Made by a program: the position numbers and the translations under genes
Notes under the pieces: generated by a model
Databases searched by the model: none
What the model saw: the letters and a program-made list of their open reading frames with translations, nothing else
Told to the model about the DNA's origin: nothing
Origin: a virus
Virus record (IMG/VR): IMGVR_UViG_3300030107_001446
Coordinates: 96,001-160,000 of that record
DNA length: 64,000 nt
Direction: 5' to 3' (one strand)
Shown: piece by piece, positions 45,224 to 56,400 of the stretch
Numbering within the stretch: the first letter of the stretch is position 1
How the letters are laid out: every line of letters starts with the position of its first letter

Positions 45224-45411
45224 CAACAATTCCACACAAATTGCAGTTATTACTTAACACATACGATGAGGGATTATTACCCCCTGATTTACAAATAGAG
45301 ATGGCACAGTTCTTAATAGATTGTGACCTACATAATGAGTTATTACAGTATCAACAACTATGCGACTATTACATCGCTGAGGGTATATGTTATGACGTGC
45401 AATTAGCATGA
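45220..45411 (+). CDS. Conserved hypothetical protein (63 aa)
   Basis: YDEGLLPPDLQIEMAQFLID...YQQLCDYYIAEGICY. Confidence 0.7.
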   Translation: MTTIPHKLQLLLNTYDEGLLPPDLQIEMAQFLIDCDLHNELLQYQQLCDYYIAEGICYDVQLA

Positions 45412-45527
45412 CTAATTAACACATAGTATGCACACAGTTATTAACAATTAAGACAGTTAATTTCTGTGTGTATGTGTATATTAAAAAATCGATAAATGCT
45501 AACCTACAAAAGTATACCATCGATATC

Positions 45528-45559
45528 AAAAAATTTTCCCAGTAAAAAATTTCTCCAGT
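45528..45559 (+). repeat. Tandem 16-bp imperfect repeat
   Basis: AAAAAATTTTCCCAGT / AAAAAATTTCTCCAGT immediately before the ATG at 45560. Confidence 0.6.
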
Positions 45560-46039
45560 ATGGTTTTAAACCCTAGACAAGAAAAGAAAATCGCCCTGCA
45601 AGAAACCTATAAGGATTTGGTAGGTCTCCCATGGCCTGCTCGTAGGTATCCAGGGTGTTACGATATTATACAGAAATACGCTAAGGCACAATTAGACCTC
45701 GACCTACCTAACTTCTCAGGGGTCTACCAGTCATTCGCAGATGACGCTGTAGCACAGGCAAATGGTCTATGGATAGAGAAACCTACATGGGGTGAGGAAT
45801 TAGACTTTACAAACCTACAGAAGGATGACCTATTATTGTTTAGGTTATATACACAGGAAGGTAGGATTGTTACTCCAGAGAATGAGCGTATACCTAATCA
45901 TGGTGCTGCTTACCTAGGTGATGGTTATATGCTACATCAACCATATAAGGAGTTAAGTCAGATAGTAGACATGAAAAGTAGTGGATGTAAGATATATCAG
46001 ACATCTTGTGTAGGTGTAGTTAGGAATAACACTACATAG
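45560..46039 (+). CDS. NlpC/P60-family cysteine peptidase-like protein (159 aa)
   Basis: LVGLPW...GCYDII (Cys), DLLLF, PNHGAAYLGDGYMLHQ (His). Confidence 0.8.
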   Translation: MVLNPRQEKKIALQETYKDLVGLPWPARRYPGCYDIIQKYAKAQLDLDLPNFSGVYQSFADDAVAQANGLWIEKPTWGEELDFTNLQKDDLLLFRLYTQEGRIVTPENERIPNHGAAYLGDGYMLHQPYKELSQIVDMKSSGCKIYQTSCVGVVRNNTT

Positions 46040-46064
46040 CAATAGACAACTGAATAATAAGTTA

Positions 46065-46229
46065 ATGAGCAAAAGGTTTACTTTACAGATAGAGGAGACC
46101 TACGACGGTGATTGTTATGTTAACATACCACAGGATTTAATGGATGAATGTGGATGGAAAGCAGGAGATGTGCTAGAATATGAAGAAGAGACCGATGGGT
46201 CTGTTATCTTGATTAAAAGTGAAGAATGA
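46065..46229 (+). CDS. AbrB/MazE-like small DNA-binding protein (54 aa)
   Basis: Manual translation; YVNIPQDLMDECGWKAGDVLEY...GSVIL matches the swapped-hairpin pattern. Confidence 0.7.
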   Translation: MSKRFTLQIEETYDGDCYVNIPQDLMDECGWKAGDVLEYEEETDGSVILIKSEE

Positions 46230-46320
46230 GATATAATCAAATAATGCTAACTATACTGGTTGTATGTAATATCATCAACTTGGTAAAAAATTAGCGTTTG
46301 AAAAAAATAAAAAAATCGTC

Positions 46321-46569
46321 GTGGAAACTCCAAAGTTTAACAGTGATGAGGAATTCATCGCTTGGGCATTACAAAATATAAGTGAAGCAATAAAGAATCT
46401 ATCCAGTAGAATAGAAGCTTTAGAGGGGGCAATAGGTAAAATGCCTCCCCCTGGTGCTGATATGATTAAGTATAAAGTCCCAGGTGATGACTCCTACTCT
46501 AATTTGAAAGAGTTATTTGATAATCTGTATAAGAGGATAAATACCTTAGAGAATAATAGTAAAACGTAG
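46321..46569 (+). CDS. Coiled-coil hypothetical protein (82 aa, GTG start)
   Basis: LSSRIEALEGAI...LYKRINTLE. Confidence 0.65.
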   Translation: METPKFNSDEEFIAWALQNISEAIKNLSSRIEALEGAIGKMPPPGADMIKYKVPGDDSYSNLKELFDNLYKRINTLENNSKT

Positions 46570-49500
46570 TGCCAGCTTATATTCAGGAAACAGGTCGAAG
46601 TTTTCCGAATCCTACTAAAGGCGGTGGTTTTAACCAAGTCTTTAAACGTCCTTCATCAGGTGAGTATACTACTCATGGAGATTACCCTGATGTAGGTAGC
46701 GGTATGGACTATAGTATCACCTTTGAGGGTGCTGGTCCAGGTACTATGCCTATGGGCAAAGATATTGTCCATTATATTGGTGATGATGACCCTACTAATG
46801 TTACCAGTGGTGGTGGGGAAAGAAGAGGAGTCTATAGATGGTATAGAGGGGTCAAAGATGACCACATGTATACACAAGACCCTCAACAAAAGAAATCAGA
46901 CTTCGGTTGCGAGAATGAGTCTTGGAGGACAGCAGCAGGAGGATATAACTCAGAACCTAGGCAAGGGACACCTGTATTCTATGTAATGAGAGAGCAGGTA
47001 CCTAATAGTGTGCCACTCAATACCTATTACAGTCACTGGCCTGACGATTCACAACTGACCGTAGGAGGTAATGTCCCTACTGGATTAAACGGAGTAGGTT
47101 GTGGAAGAAACAAATACTTTAATACTGGTAAGTTAGGATATGCCTTTACTTCAGAAGCAGATGCATTAGCATACTGTAGTGGTGGAGAGACTCCTGTCCC
47201 TCTATATGAGTATCTACATCCTGACCCAGACCATTTCTATACAATAGACCCTGCTAATGAAGTTAATCTTAGTGGTGGTCCTATAGCACCTAAACATGCC
47301 TATGGTGGAGAATACTCCTACCTAGGCATTTTGTGTTGGGTATTTGCTGAACCTCCTAGAGATGCACCTACCGATACTATAGTAGACGTAGGTAAAATAG
47401 GTCCAACAGGGCAAACTCTTAACAAGAGTGGTTGGTATGACTACACTGATGATGACCAATACTCCTATGGTGAGTCTGGATGGGGTTCTGGAGGGTGGTC
47501 TGAGTTCATGTATAGGCAAATGCGTGACTCAAACAGTAATGCAGTAGAGGGTCCACCTGCTGTTAACGGTTGGGGTAACCCAGATAACGTAGATATGCTA
47601 TCTAATGATGCTCAATTTGAATGGGCTTATGGTTTATCTGGTGCTGTAAAGGGTGCTGTGCCTAGATTCCTCGGTTTTGAGGACATGTATGATGCTCAAT
47701 TCGTCTTTTATTTGTTTGATACCTCCTTCCCATGGAATGGTCCTATCTTTTCTACACAGTATATCCTCTCAAATGCGAAATGTTGTCCAAATACTACTGA
47801 CCCAGAGGGTTGTCCGCAGTGTGCACCAGTATGGACGTACCATTCTCACTTCTATGAGATACAATCAGACTCATGGGAGACTACAAAAACAGAGATTTCC
47901 ATACATGATGAGAGTAGTACGGGTGTAAAAGAGTCATTCTGGACTATAGGAACTGATTCTACTACACTATTCTTCCGTTATGTTACCCGTACAGGTGACT
48001 TTAACCGTGGAGATAAGATAAATGGGTGGGATATTGACGCAGTTTACTACTTTGGTGATGAATTAAAGTGTGGAATAATGGAATTAACGTGGGATCAGGG
48101 TAGTGGTGCAACGAAAAATACCTTTTCTTATCAACAATCCTTCACTTCTACGGATAATGGGGAGATAGAAGTGCTTGCTGGCTACGGTGTACCCAATAAA
48201 GCAGCGTTTTGTGGCACATATGAGTTTCCAAAGAAGATATCTTACTGGAAAGTAGAGGTAGATCCACAGGCTTTGATACCTCATCGTAAGATGGATGAGG
48301 CAGAAATGCGAGCTGTAGTCGGAGATGATGGTACAATCGTCGCAATAGACATAGTTAATGGCGGTAGAGGGTATGTTTTAGAGGATACAATCATAGAATT
48401 AACGCATCCGAGGGAAATGGATAACTTCTCTGCTACGGATACAGCAGATTTTATGGAAAATAGTATTAATAGTGACACGGATTACGATAAAGCACTCGGT
48501 AATAGTCGCACAGAGAAAGGATTTAAGCGTAAAAACATGGAATCTGCTGTAAAAGCGTATGGAACGCATAGCGGAATCGTGGATTTGAGTAAAGATAAGA
48601 ATAATGAGCTCTATAAACTGAAAAAAGCAGTCGTAGAAGTAGAGAAAATAGACGAAGCAGGTACAATTAAGCGTGTAAGAGTCGTAGATGGTGGTGCAGG
48701 ATACAACCAAGCGAATGTTCCTACCGTAATGATAGTACAACCAGAGAAAATTAAGGTATCAGAGGACGCATCTCAGGATGAGATAGCTGCGACTGAGAAA
48801 GGAATGCAAGAAGCATGGAATCACGAGTTTACGGATGGAGATGTGCAACCAATTTCATCTACATTTGACAAAGAAACCATGGGAATCATCGGATCTTCCA
48901 TGGGAGTCTCCCCACAGGGAGAAAATTCAGGATCATCTGTCTATGTTGAGGTACCAGACTCCTATGTAAGGGCAGCTAGTGACGGTGTAGACGACGATGT
49001 AACCAAATTATGCATGAATATACCCGCAGAATGTATTAATGTAGATGCTAAGGGTTATATTTCTGATGCTATGCCTGATGAAACCCAGTTTGAAATCATA
49101 TCTGGAGCAGATCCAAACGGTATAGGACTATTTGAGAAGGAAGTGATGCCATATGCATATAGTGGCACTGCTCAAGTAGACCAATACTCAGAGAATGTCT
49201 CCCACTTATACGGTCCATTTGGTAAACAGAGGTGTATTGAGGTAAGACAACCTAAACTTTACAACATAACTCGTTGGTTTGATATGCCATGTGCATATTT
49301 GGATGCTAACGAGGCAGGTGAGCAGAAGGCATTTGGTTATCTACCCTTTAAATACTGTGGTTCTGAGCAGAAGGATGCAACCTTTAGAGTATCACTTAGT
49401 TGTGAGGGACGTATAACTGGTAGTCAAGGTGGTGCGTGTATGGATTTCATACAGAGTTTACCTACTCCGCATCTACAACAGAAGAGACCTACACCAACAA

Positions 49501-50180
49501 ACAATAGATGTTGGAATTGTAGACGTGGTAATGTACCTGGTAGGTGTTACCGTGACCCTAGTGACCCTAATGACATTGTATTTGTGCCAGTAGGTTTGGA
49601 TGAGAATACTTACGACTATAATAGGAGTAACTTTACAGAGCTAGAGCAGTTACAAATGTGGGCAGGGCAGAATATTACCAGTGCAGCCGCAGTGCAGACA
49701 TGGTTAGGACACCCAACCGCACAAGACCCTGCTGGTACTCCGCACTCTGTTGATTATACTGAGCTTACTGTTGCGTCATGTAGCGGAGGAGTCCCGCCAA
49801 ATGAGTGTTGGGATACCTATGTGCGTGGAGTAACTGCGTCAGACGGTCCATTAGTAGTGTATAGTGAGTACGATGCGAACGGAAATGGCGGTGGTGGTAG
49901 TACCTTCTGTCAGACAAGTCAATTATATGACTCTTGTGTTGCACTAGATAAGTGTATGGATGCGTCTATTGCCATCAACCCTAAGCGTATGACTGGTAGT
50001 GGCACTAATGCACGGATGTTAATGGGTCCGTATAATGGAACTATGACCGTGCGGAATTATCTTACTGGTGGTACTATTGCACTAGATAAGAGTATCAAGA
50101 ATTATGGTAACCCATACTTTGATGAGTGTAGTGAGGAGAATGCGTGGACAGAAGGTACACAGGTTAACGAGGATTTATAA
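46569..50180 (+). CDS. Large Cys-rich virion/baseplate-associated protein (1203 aa, GTG start)
   Basis: DUF5648-like repeats (PLYEY...DHFYT), baseplate-type IVNGGRGY / VVDGGAGY motifs, upstream of PAAR/gp25. Confidence 0.7.
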   Translation: MPAYIQETGRSFPNPTKGGGFNQVFKRPSSGEYTTHGDYPDVGSGMDYSITFEGAGPGTMPMGKDIVHYIGDDDPTNVTSGGGERRGVYRWYRGVKDDHMYTQDPQQKKSDFGCENESWRTAAGGYNSEPRQGTPVFYVMREQVPNSVPLNTYYSHWPDDSQLTVGGNVPTGLNGVGCGRNKYFNTGKLGYAFTSEADALAYCSGGETPVPLYEYLHPDPDHFYTIDPANEVNLSGGPIAPKHAYGGEYSYLGILCWVFAEPPRDAPTDTIVDVGKIGPTGQTLNKSGWYDYTDDDQYSYGESGWGSGGWSEFMYRQMRDSNSNAVEGPPAVNGWGNPDNVDMLSNDAQFEWAYGLSGAVKGAVPRFLGFEDMYDAQFVFYLFDTSFPWNGPIFSTQYILSNAKCCPNTTDPEGCPQCAPVWTYHSHFYEIQSDSWETTKTEISIHDESSTGVKESFWTIGTDSTTLFFRYVTRTGDFNRGDKINGWDIDAVYYFGDELKCGIMELTWDQGSGATKNTFSYQQSFTSTDNGEIEVLAGYGVPNKAAFCGTYEFPKKISYWKVEVDPQALIPHRKMDEAEMRAVVGDDGTIVAIDIVNGGRGYVLEDTIIELTHPREMDNFSATDTADFMENSINSDTDYDKALGNSRTEKGFKRKNMESAVKAYGTHSGIVDLSKDKNNELYKLKKAVVEVEKIDEAGTIKRVRVVDGGAGYNQANVPTVMIVQPEKIKVSEDASQDEIAATEKGMQEAWNHEFTDGDVQPISSTFDKETMGIIGSSMGVSPQGENSGSSVYVEVPDSYVRAASDGVDDDVTKLCMNIPAECINVDAKGYISDAMPDETQFEIISGADPNGIGLFEKEVMPYAYSGTAQVDQYSENVSHLYGPFGKQRCIEVRQPKLYNITRWFDMPCAYLDANEAGEQKAFGYLPFKYCGSEQKDATFRVSLSCEGRITGSQGGACMDFIQSLPTPHLQQKRPTPTNNRCWNCRRGNVPGRCYRDPSDPNDIVFVPVGLDENTYDYNRSNFTELEQLQMWAGQNITSAAAVQTWLGHPTAQDPAGTPHSVDYTELTVASCSGGVPPNECWDTYVRGVTASDGPLVVYSEYDANGNGGGGSTFCQTSQLYDSCVALDKCMDASIAINPKRMTGSGTNARMLMGPYNGTMTVRNYLTGGTIALDKSIKNYGNPYFDECSEENAWTEGTQVNEDL

Positions 50181-50713
50181 TGGCATTTGGATTTTTAAAA
50201 CCAGTTGCATCACTTAACGGACTACCTTGCAGTGGTCACGGACTTTGTTTGCCTTCTACTATACACTCTGTACAGAGTTGTGGTAGTCCTCCTATTCCTT
50301 ATTCTATTGTGATTAAGGAATTTACATGTTGGTGGCCTCCGCACCCTACGGTTCCCTTCTTCCCTGTTACACCATTACGTGCTACAGTGTTAGTGAATCG
50401 TATTCCCATCATGTTATTGGGTGATACATTCATACCACACATTGCTGTGTGTACCAATATAATTGTGTACATATGTCCTTGTGGTAAGGCAATGTGTCCA
50501 ACGCCCACTCCAATCCCTTGTAGCGTCCTTACAATCGAAGATGGTGGAGGAGTCGGTCATACTAGAATCTGTATGGCAACGACCTTTACTGTATTTGCAT
50601 TGAAGCGACCTATAGGTAGGATTCTGGATCCGTTAGGAGTTGGATTCTCAGGGTTTAGTTACCCTTGTTCATCTGTGGTTGCATTTGGGCATGCAACTGT
50701 GTTAGCATCATAG
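50180..50713 (+). CDS. PAAR-like spike-tip protein (gp5.4 analogue)
   Basis: CSGHG, TVLVNRIP...GDTFIPH, GHTR, TVFALKRPIGRILDP, C.S.VA.G..TV. Confidence 0.75.
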   Translation: MAFGFLKPVASLNGLPCSGHGLCLPSTIHSVQSCGSPPIPYSIVIKEFTCWWPPHPTVPFFPVTPLRATVLVNRIPIMLLGDTFIPHIAVCTNIIVYICPCGKAMCPTPTPIPCSVLTIEDGGGVGHTRICMATTFTVFALKRPIGRILDPLGVGFSGFSYPCSSVVAFGHATVLAS

Positions 50714-50729
50714 TAGTTTATTTTAAATT

Positions 50730-50867
50730 ATGGCATTATACTCGTCAACTGGTGGATATATTACTCCTCCTGCAAAGAAAACAAGACAAGGAAACTCGAA
50801 AAACACAAAATTGAGTGCTACTTCTCGTAATGGAGCAAGAAAAAAATATAGGGGTCAAGGAAAATAG
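50730..50867 (+). CDS. Small basic protein upstream of gp25 (45 aa, ...KKTRQGNSK...KYRGQGK)
   Basis: Manual translation; recurrent T4-like ORF ending YRGQG. Confidence 0.75.
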   Translation: MALYSSTGGYITPPAKKTRQGNSKNTKLSATSRNGARKKYRGQGK

Positions 50868-50878
50868 TCGGGAAACCC

Positions 50879-50886
50879 TATAAATA
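50879..50886 (+). promoter_or_regulatory. T4-type late promoter
   Basis: Exact TATAAATA upstream of gp25. Confidence 0.8.
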
Positions 50887-50913
50887 AACATATTGGCACT
50901 AAATATAGGTAAT

Positions 50914-51327
50914 ATGCCATCGTATAGGTTCAGATCTGAAAAATATATCAGTAGAGGGTTTAAGGATTTAGCAGTCTCTTTTAAACCAAACCCTTCTACA
51001 GGAGATTTTGGTGTGGTCAAAAATGAAAACGCTATAAAACAGTCTGTCCGAAACATCATATTAACAATGTTTGGTGAAAGACCTTTTCAATATGAAATTG
51101 GGTCTAGGGTTAAAGCACTATTGTTTGAGCCTTGGGATCCATTTAGTGCTGATAGTATGAAAAGTGAAATTCGTAATGCTCTGGATAGATTAGAACCAAG
51201 AATCGAAGTTAACCAAATTAAGTTAAGGGATGATTCTGATATAAATTCCATCCAGGTTGGTATTGACTACACTATCGTGGGTCAAGAAGAAATACAAAAC
51301 GTCGAATTTCTCTTAGAGAGAGCATAA
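50914..51327 (+). CDS. gp25: Baseplate wedge subunit gp25 (start likely ATG 50914)
   Basis: FKDL...AIKQSVRNIILT..GERPF..EIGS...EPRI. Confidence 0.93.
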   Translation: MPSYRFRSEKYISRGFKDLAVSFKPNPSTGDFGVVKNENAIKQSVRNIILTMFGERPFQYEIGSRVKALLFEPWDPFSADSMKSEIRNALDRLEPRIEVNQIKLRDDSDINSIQVGIDYTIVGQEEIQNVEFLLERA

Positions 51328-53426
51328 TGTCCGCTATTCCATCACAATTAACGTCGTTAGACTTCTTTGAAATCAAAGAATCTATCAGATCTTACCTTAG
51401 AACTCGTAAAGAATTCACAGACTACGACTTTGAAGGTAGTTCTGCGTCATATTTGATAGATATTCTTGCTTATAACACTTATTATACTGCCTTTAATGCT
51501 AATATGGCATTAAATGAGGCATTTTTGGAGACTGCTACTGTTAGAGATAACATTGTAAGGATAGCAAAGCAGTTAAATTACACTCCAAGGTCTATAAAAG
51601 CAGCTAGAGCATGCTTGAGATTGGTTGCACAGACAACAACATCTCTAAATGGCACTACATTCCCAGAATTTTGCACATTACATAAAGGTGATGTGTTTGT
51701 AGCAGAGAATGAGGCTGATACTTTTACCTTTGCATTGACAGAAGACATCAAAGTTGCGGTAGATTCATCTACTGGAAAGGCAACCTTCGATAATGTATTG
51801 GTATATCAGGGAAATCTGCTAACATACAACTATACAGTTGATTATACAGTCAAGCAGGACTATGTAATACCTGCTGAAAACGTTGATACCTCTCTTTTGA
51901 GAGTAGATGTATCTCCAAATGCTCAATCCTCTGAAACTGACACCTATAGTCAGGCAGCAAACATCACATCTACTGATGCTACCTCAAGGATTTACTATTT
52001 GGAAGAGGCAGATGACCTTAGATACCGTTTAGTCTTCGGTGATGGGGTTATTGGACGTAAATTAATCGATGGAGAATACCTTACCCTCACCTATGTGGTA
52101 ACAAATGGTGTTGAGGCTAATGGATGTAAGAATTTTGACTATATTGGTTATATAAACGACTCAGATGGTAGACCAATTAACCCTTCTGCCATCACATTGG
52201 TCACCAAAGACGCTGCACAGGACGGTGAAGAGCACGAAACCGCACTTTCGGTTAAGTTTAGAGCACCTAGGGCATATGCAACCCAAAACAGGGCAGTTAC
52301 TGAAACAGATTATGAGCATATCGTCTCTGAAATCTATCCACAAGCAGCTTCAGTGACTGCTTATGGTGGTGAGAAGTTAAATCCACCTGTTTATGGTAAA
52401 GTTTATGTCGCTATACGACCAAAAACAGGAAATAAGCTTAATGAGACAACAAAACAGAAGATAAAAAACGATTTGAAGAAATATTCAGTCGCTTCTATTG
52501 AACCAGTCATCATTGACCCAACTTCTTTCTACGTTATTCCAAAATCTTACGTTTATTACAACGGAAACGAGACTGGACTTACTGGATCGCAACTTGGCAC
52601 TAAAGTTTTACAGTCTATTGATGCTTATAACAGAAATGGACAGAATAACAGGTTTGGAGGACGTATAGACGGCTCTAAATTTGGTGCAATGCTTGATAAT
52701 AGCGATACCTCCATTGCAGGTAACGTTACACAGATGACTTTAGGTCAAAATCTCGATAAATTCACTTTTGGTAACGTATTTACCCAATGTCTTGATTTTG
52801 GTAACCCACTTTATAACCCATCTAACTATTCTGGCAATCCAGATGGAGGAGATGGTGATAATACAGGTGTTTCCTGTAAACCTTCCTTCTCTGTTGCTAA
52901 ATCTGGTACATTTTATGCCACAGGCTACACAGAAGACCTTGTAAACCTCACTTTAAGTGATGGTGCTACTGCTGCTGCTATATCAACTCCTGGTTTAAGC
53001 ACAAATGTAACAAATCAGGTGTTAGTCCCAGTAAATATAAGAGATGATGGATCAGGAAACCTTATTCTAGTTACTACTAGAGATGAGACTGAATTGATAC
53101 TCAATCCTTCCGTTGGAAGTGTAGATTATGCGAATGGAATAGTCTGTGTTGGACCGATTGCAATACAAGGCACTCCAGATGATACTGAAAGACTTCCAAT
53201 TCAAGTATTACCAGCTGGTGGATCAATTAATATCCCACCAGGTGTAGATCCAACAATCTTTAACCCATCAGTCAATCCTATTGACTATACAATCAACGAT
53301 ACTGCAATCCCCACCTTCGATCCTAACAACTTTAATGGTTTCAATTTCGGTGATATTGGGGGCATAAATATTATCGATTATCCAACTGATACGTTCACGT
53401 ATCCAGTCAGCGACTCCTGTTTCTAA
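51327..53426 (+). CDS. gp6: Baseplate wedge subunit gp6
   Basis: LDFFEIKESIRSYL...FTDYDFEGS...LAYNTYY...QNRAVT..DY. Confidence 0.95.
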   Translation: MSAIPSQLTSLDFFEIKESIRSYLRTRKEFTDYDFEGSSASYLIDILAYNTYYTAFNANMALNEAFLETATVRDNIVRIAKQLNYTPRSIKAARACLRLVAQTTTSLNGTTFPEFCTLHKGDVFVAENEADTFTFALTEDIKVAVDSSTGKATFDNVLVYQGNLLTYNYTVDYTVKQDYVIPAENVDTSLLRVDVSPNAQSSETDTYSQAANITSTDATSRIYYLEEADDLRYRLVFGDGVIGRKLIDGEYLTLTYVVTNGVEANGCKNFDYIGYINDSDGRPINPSAITLVTKDAAQDGEEHETALSVKFRAPRAYATQNRAVTETDYEHIVSEIYPQAASVTAYGGEKLNPPVYGKVYVAIRPKTGNKLNETTKQKIKNDLKKYSVASIEPVIIDPTSFYVIPKSYVYYNGNETGLTGSQLGTKVLQSIDAYNRNGQNNRFGGRIDGSKFGAMLDNSDTSIAGNVTQMTLGQNLDKFTFGNVFTQCLDFGNPLYNPSNYSGNPDGGDGDNTGVSCKPSFSVAKSGTFYATGYTEDLVNLTLSDGATAAAISTPGLSTNVTNQVLVPVNIRDDGSGNLILVTTRDETELILNPSVGSVDYANGIVCVGPIAIQGTPDDTERLPIQVLPAGGSINIPPGVDPTIFNPSVNPIDYTINDTAIPTFDPNNFNGFNFGDIGGINIIDYPTDTFTYPVSDSCF

Positions 53427-53432
53427 GAATAA

Positions 53433-56400
53433 ATGACTCCGATAACCAAGAATATCAACGTCTCTGATAGGGTCGAAAATCAGTTACCTGAATTTATACG
53501 CCAGGAAGACAGACAATTAGTCAACTTCCTATTTGAATACTATAAATCACAGGAAAAAACTGGTAGACCATACGATATCCTCAACAACTTGATGAGGTAT
53601 CTTGACCTTGACAAATACTCCTCAGAAGAGTTGTCAAGTAGCACGAGCTTGTTAAAAGATATTGGGGTAGATGACACTAAGATAGAAATAGAGAGTATTA
53701 ATGGATTCCAGACAAGAGATGGATCCATAATGGTTGATAATGAGATCATTTACTACGAGGGAGTCACTCGTGGACCTGATGTTATTATTACACCTGGTAT
53801 TTCACTTCCACAGTTTAATAAGAAGAAGCAACAACTAGAAAACCCCTTCACATCGTTTGATGGTGTTGAAAGAGTCTTCCCATTAAGTTTTTTAGGTACT
53901 CCTATAGCACCTCCTAGTGCAGAGCACTTAATTGTAGTGACATACAACGATATGCTGATTCCTGGATCAGAGTATACTGTTAATGGCACTAATATATCAT
54001 TTACAAATCCACCTAGAGCAAGAACAGGTGCAGATGATTCAGAATTTACTCAAGTAGTATATTTGGTTGGATATGCAGACCAAACAATCGTTACTGCTGA
54101 CCAAATCCCATATCAAGAGTGGCAGAATACTCAAGTTTATCCATTAAGAGTTAATGGACAGTCTTATACTCCAACTTCTGATATTGGTTTAATTATTAAC
54201 AAGAATGGTAGGTTACAAACTCCTCAAGACGACTATACCCTCTTTGAAGACAAGGTTATCTTCAAAAACCCAGTCGGTGCTGCTGATCTTATCCATATTA
54301 GGTCTGTTGAATATGTTGCTCCTGCATATGGGTCTGGAGCCTCAGCTATTGCTCAAGTTGATACTATAGGTCAGATTGAAGCAATCATTCCTAAGGATGG
54401 TGGTAAGAAGTATCGTCTAGATTTCGCTCCTAAGGTTGCTATAACCCATAAAGATGGTATTAGTGCTACTGCAAAGTCCCTAGTTGGTGGTATTAAGGAT
54501 ATTAACCTTATAGATGGTGGACAAGGGTATTCTTCTTATAACCCACCTATCCCAGTAGTTGTAGCACCTGCAGATCCTAATGGATCCATTGCACAACTAA
54601 GTTTAACAGTTAATGATGTAACTGGAACAGTTGATAGCGTTACTATTACTAATAGTGGTAGTGGATATGACTTTATTCCCGCTATTTCCTTTAAGAATCC
54701 TTCTGGTGCTACTATAGGTGCACCTACTATTGACATAGAAGGTAGAGTTAACATAGGTAGCATCCCTGTTATCACTATGGGTAGTGGATATAGTAATCCA
54801 CCTACAGTTTATATTGATGCTGCTCCAGATGGGGGTATCAATGCTCAGGCAGTCTCTAAAATCAACCAAGATGGTCAAGTATATGAGATTACCATTGTTA
54901 ATAGGGGTAAAGGATACATTACACCTCCTAGAGTAAAGATTGTTGAGCCTATAGGTGCTCAAGTCCTCGATGTAACGGTTGCATCGGGAAGTGTTACAAA
55001 TATTGAGATGTTAACAGGTGGTAGCGGTTATACAGACGCACCATCAGTCTACATAGTTGACAAAAGGGTTGATGGATATGGAGAACCAATTGGAGGTACT
55101 GGTGCAACAGCAGTTGCCACCATTTTTAATGGTGAAATCACCGATATCAACATTACTAACTTTGGAACTGGTTATTCCGAGTCTGAACCCCCTCAAATCT
55201 ATATTGCAGAACCTAAATCCGCTAGAGCATCGGTAGATGTAGGTTTTGACGAAGTAACTGGATTCGACATCCTAGAAAAGGGCAGTGGATACTCTTCTTC
55301 TGCCTTTTTACAATGTTCTCGTGGTGTTTCTGGTCCTGTTAAGTATGATAACCTTCATAATGAGATATATGCCACTGAAGCGAATTTAAGACAGTCTGAT
55401 CACCATGCAGGTGCTGCTGTAGTCAATTTAGACACTTTATTCATCAAAGAAGTCTTCGATAAGTTTAGAAGGCAGTATTTGCCGACTTTAGACATTGATT
55501 TTGCGTCAATTAACCCAGTTCAGGTAATTAAGAATATTACCGACTTCTATATCTCGAAAGGTACTAAATTATCGACTCAATACCTCTTCAAAATTCTTTT
55601 TGGTGAAGATGTTGACCTTTATTATCCAAAAGATGAAATAATCAGTCCATCTCATGCAACTTGGGTTGTAGACACGGTTTTAAGAGCCGAATTGATGGAA
55701 GGAGACCCAAATAACCTAATTGACTCCCAAGTTAACCAATATGCCGATGATGTAGACCCTAATGTTACTGCTGCGTCTGCATTGATTGAAAACGTCATTA
55801 CAATCATCGAAGGAACCGATACAATCTACGAATTGGCGATTTCTGAAGAAACCTTGGTTGGAAGCTTCATTATTCCTTATAAAACTCGTCTTGTTGAGCC
55901 ATTAACGACCACTGGGCAAATAATCACTGTTGACTCTACTATTGGATGGCCTGAAAGAAATGGTACCATAAGAATAAATGATGAAGAAGAAGTACAATAT
56001 AAAGAGAAATCTCTAAACCAATTCATTGAATGTACCAGAAGCAAAAACGGAATTGTTGAAGATTGGGATCCAGGAACAATAATTCAGTCCGATATTTACG
56101 TTTGGACTAACTTTGGAACAGCACAGCAATGTAAGTTAAGAATATTAGGAATTGCTGAAGCAGGTACTACAGTTCTTAATGATACAGGGTCATATTACCT
56201 TCAAGGAGATAAACTAAAGGTAGCAAACCTTGGATCTACTGCTGAGGAGTTAAGACTCCAATCTTGGTTATATAACGTCAAGAAACTTATCCAAGTTACC
56301 ACTATAACTCCTGGTGGAGTTAATAACCAGACTGCGACTGTAGTTTGCGGTAACCCACATGGATTATTGGTTTCTGACCAAGTTACCATATATGGTGCTA

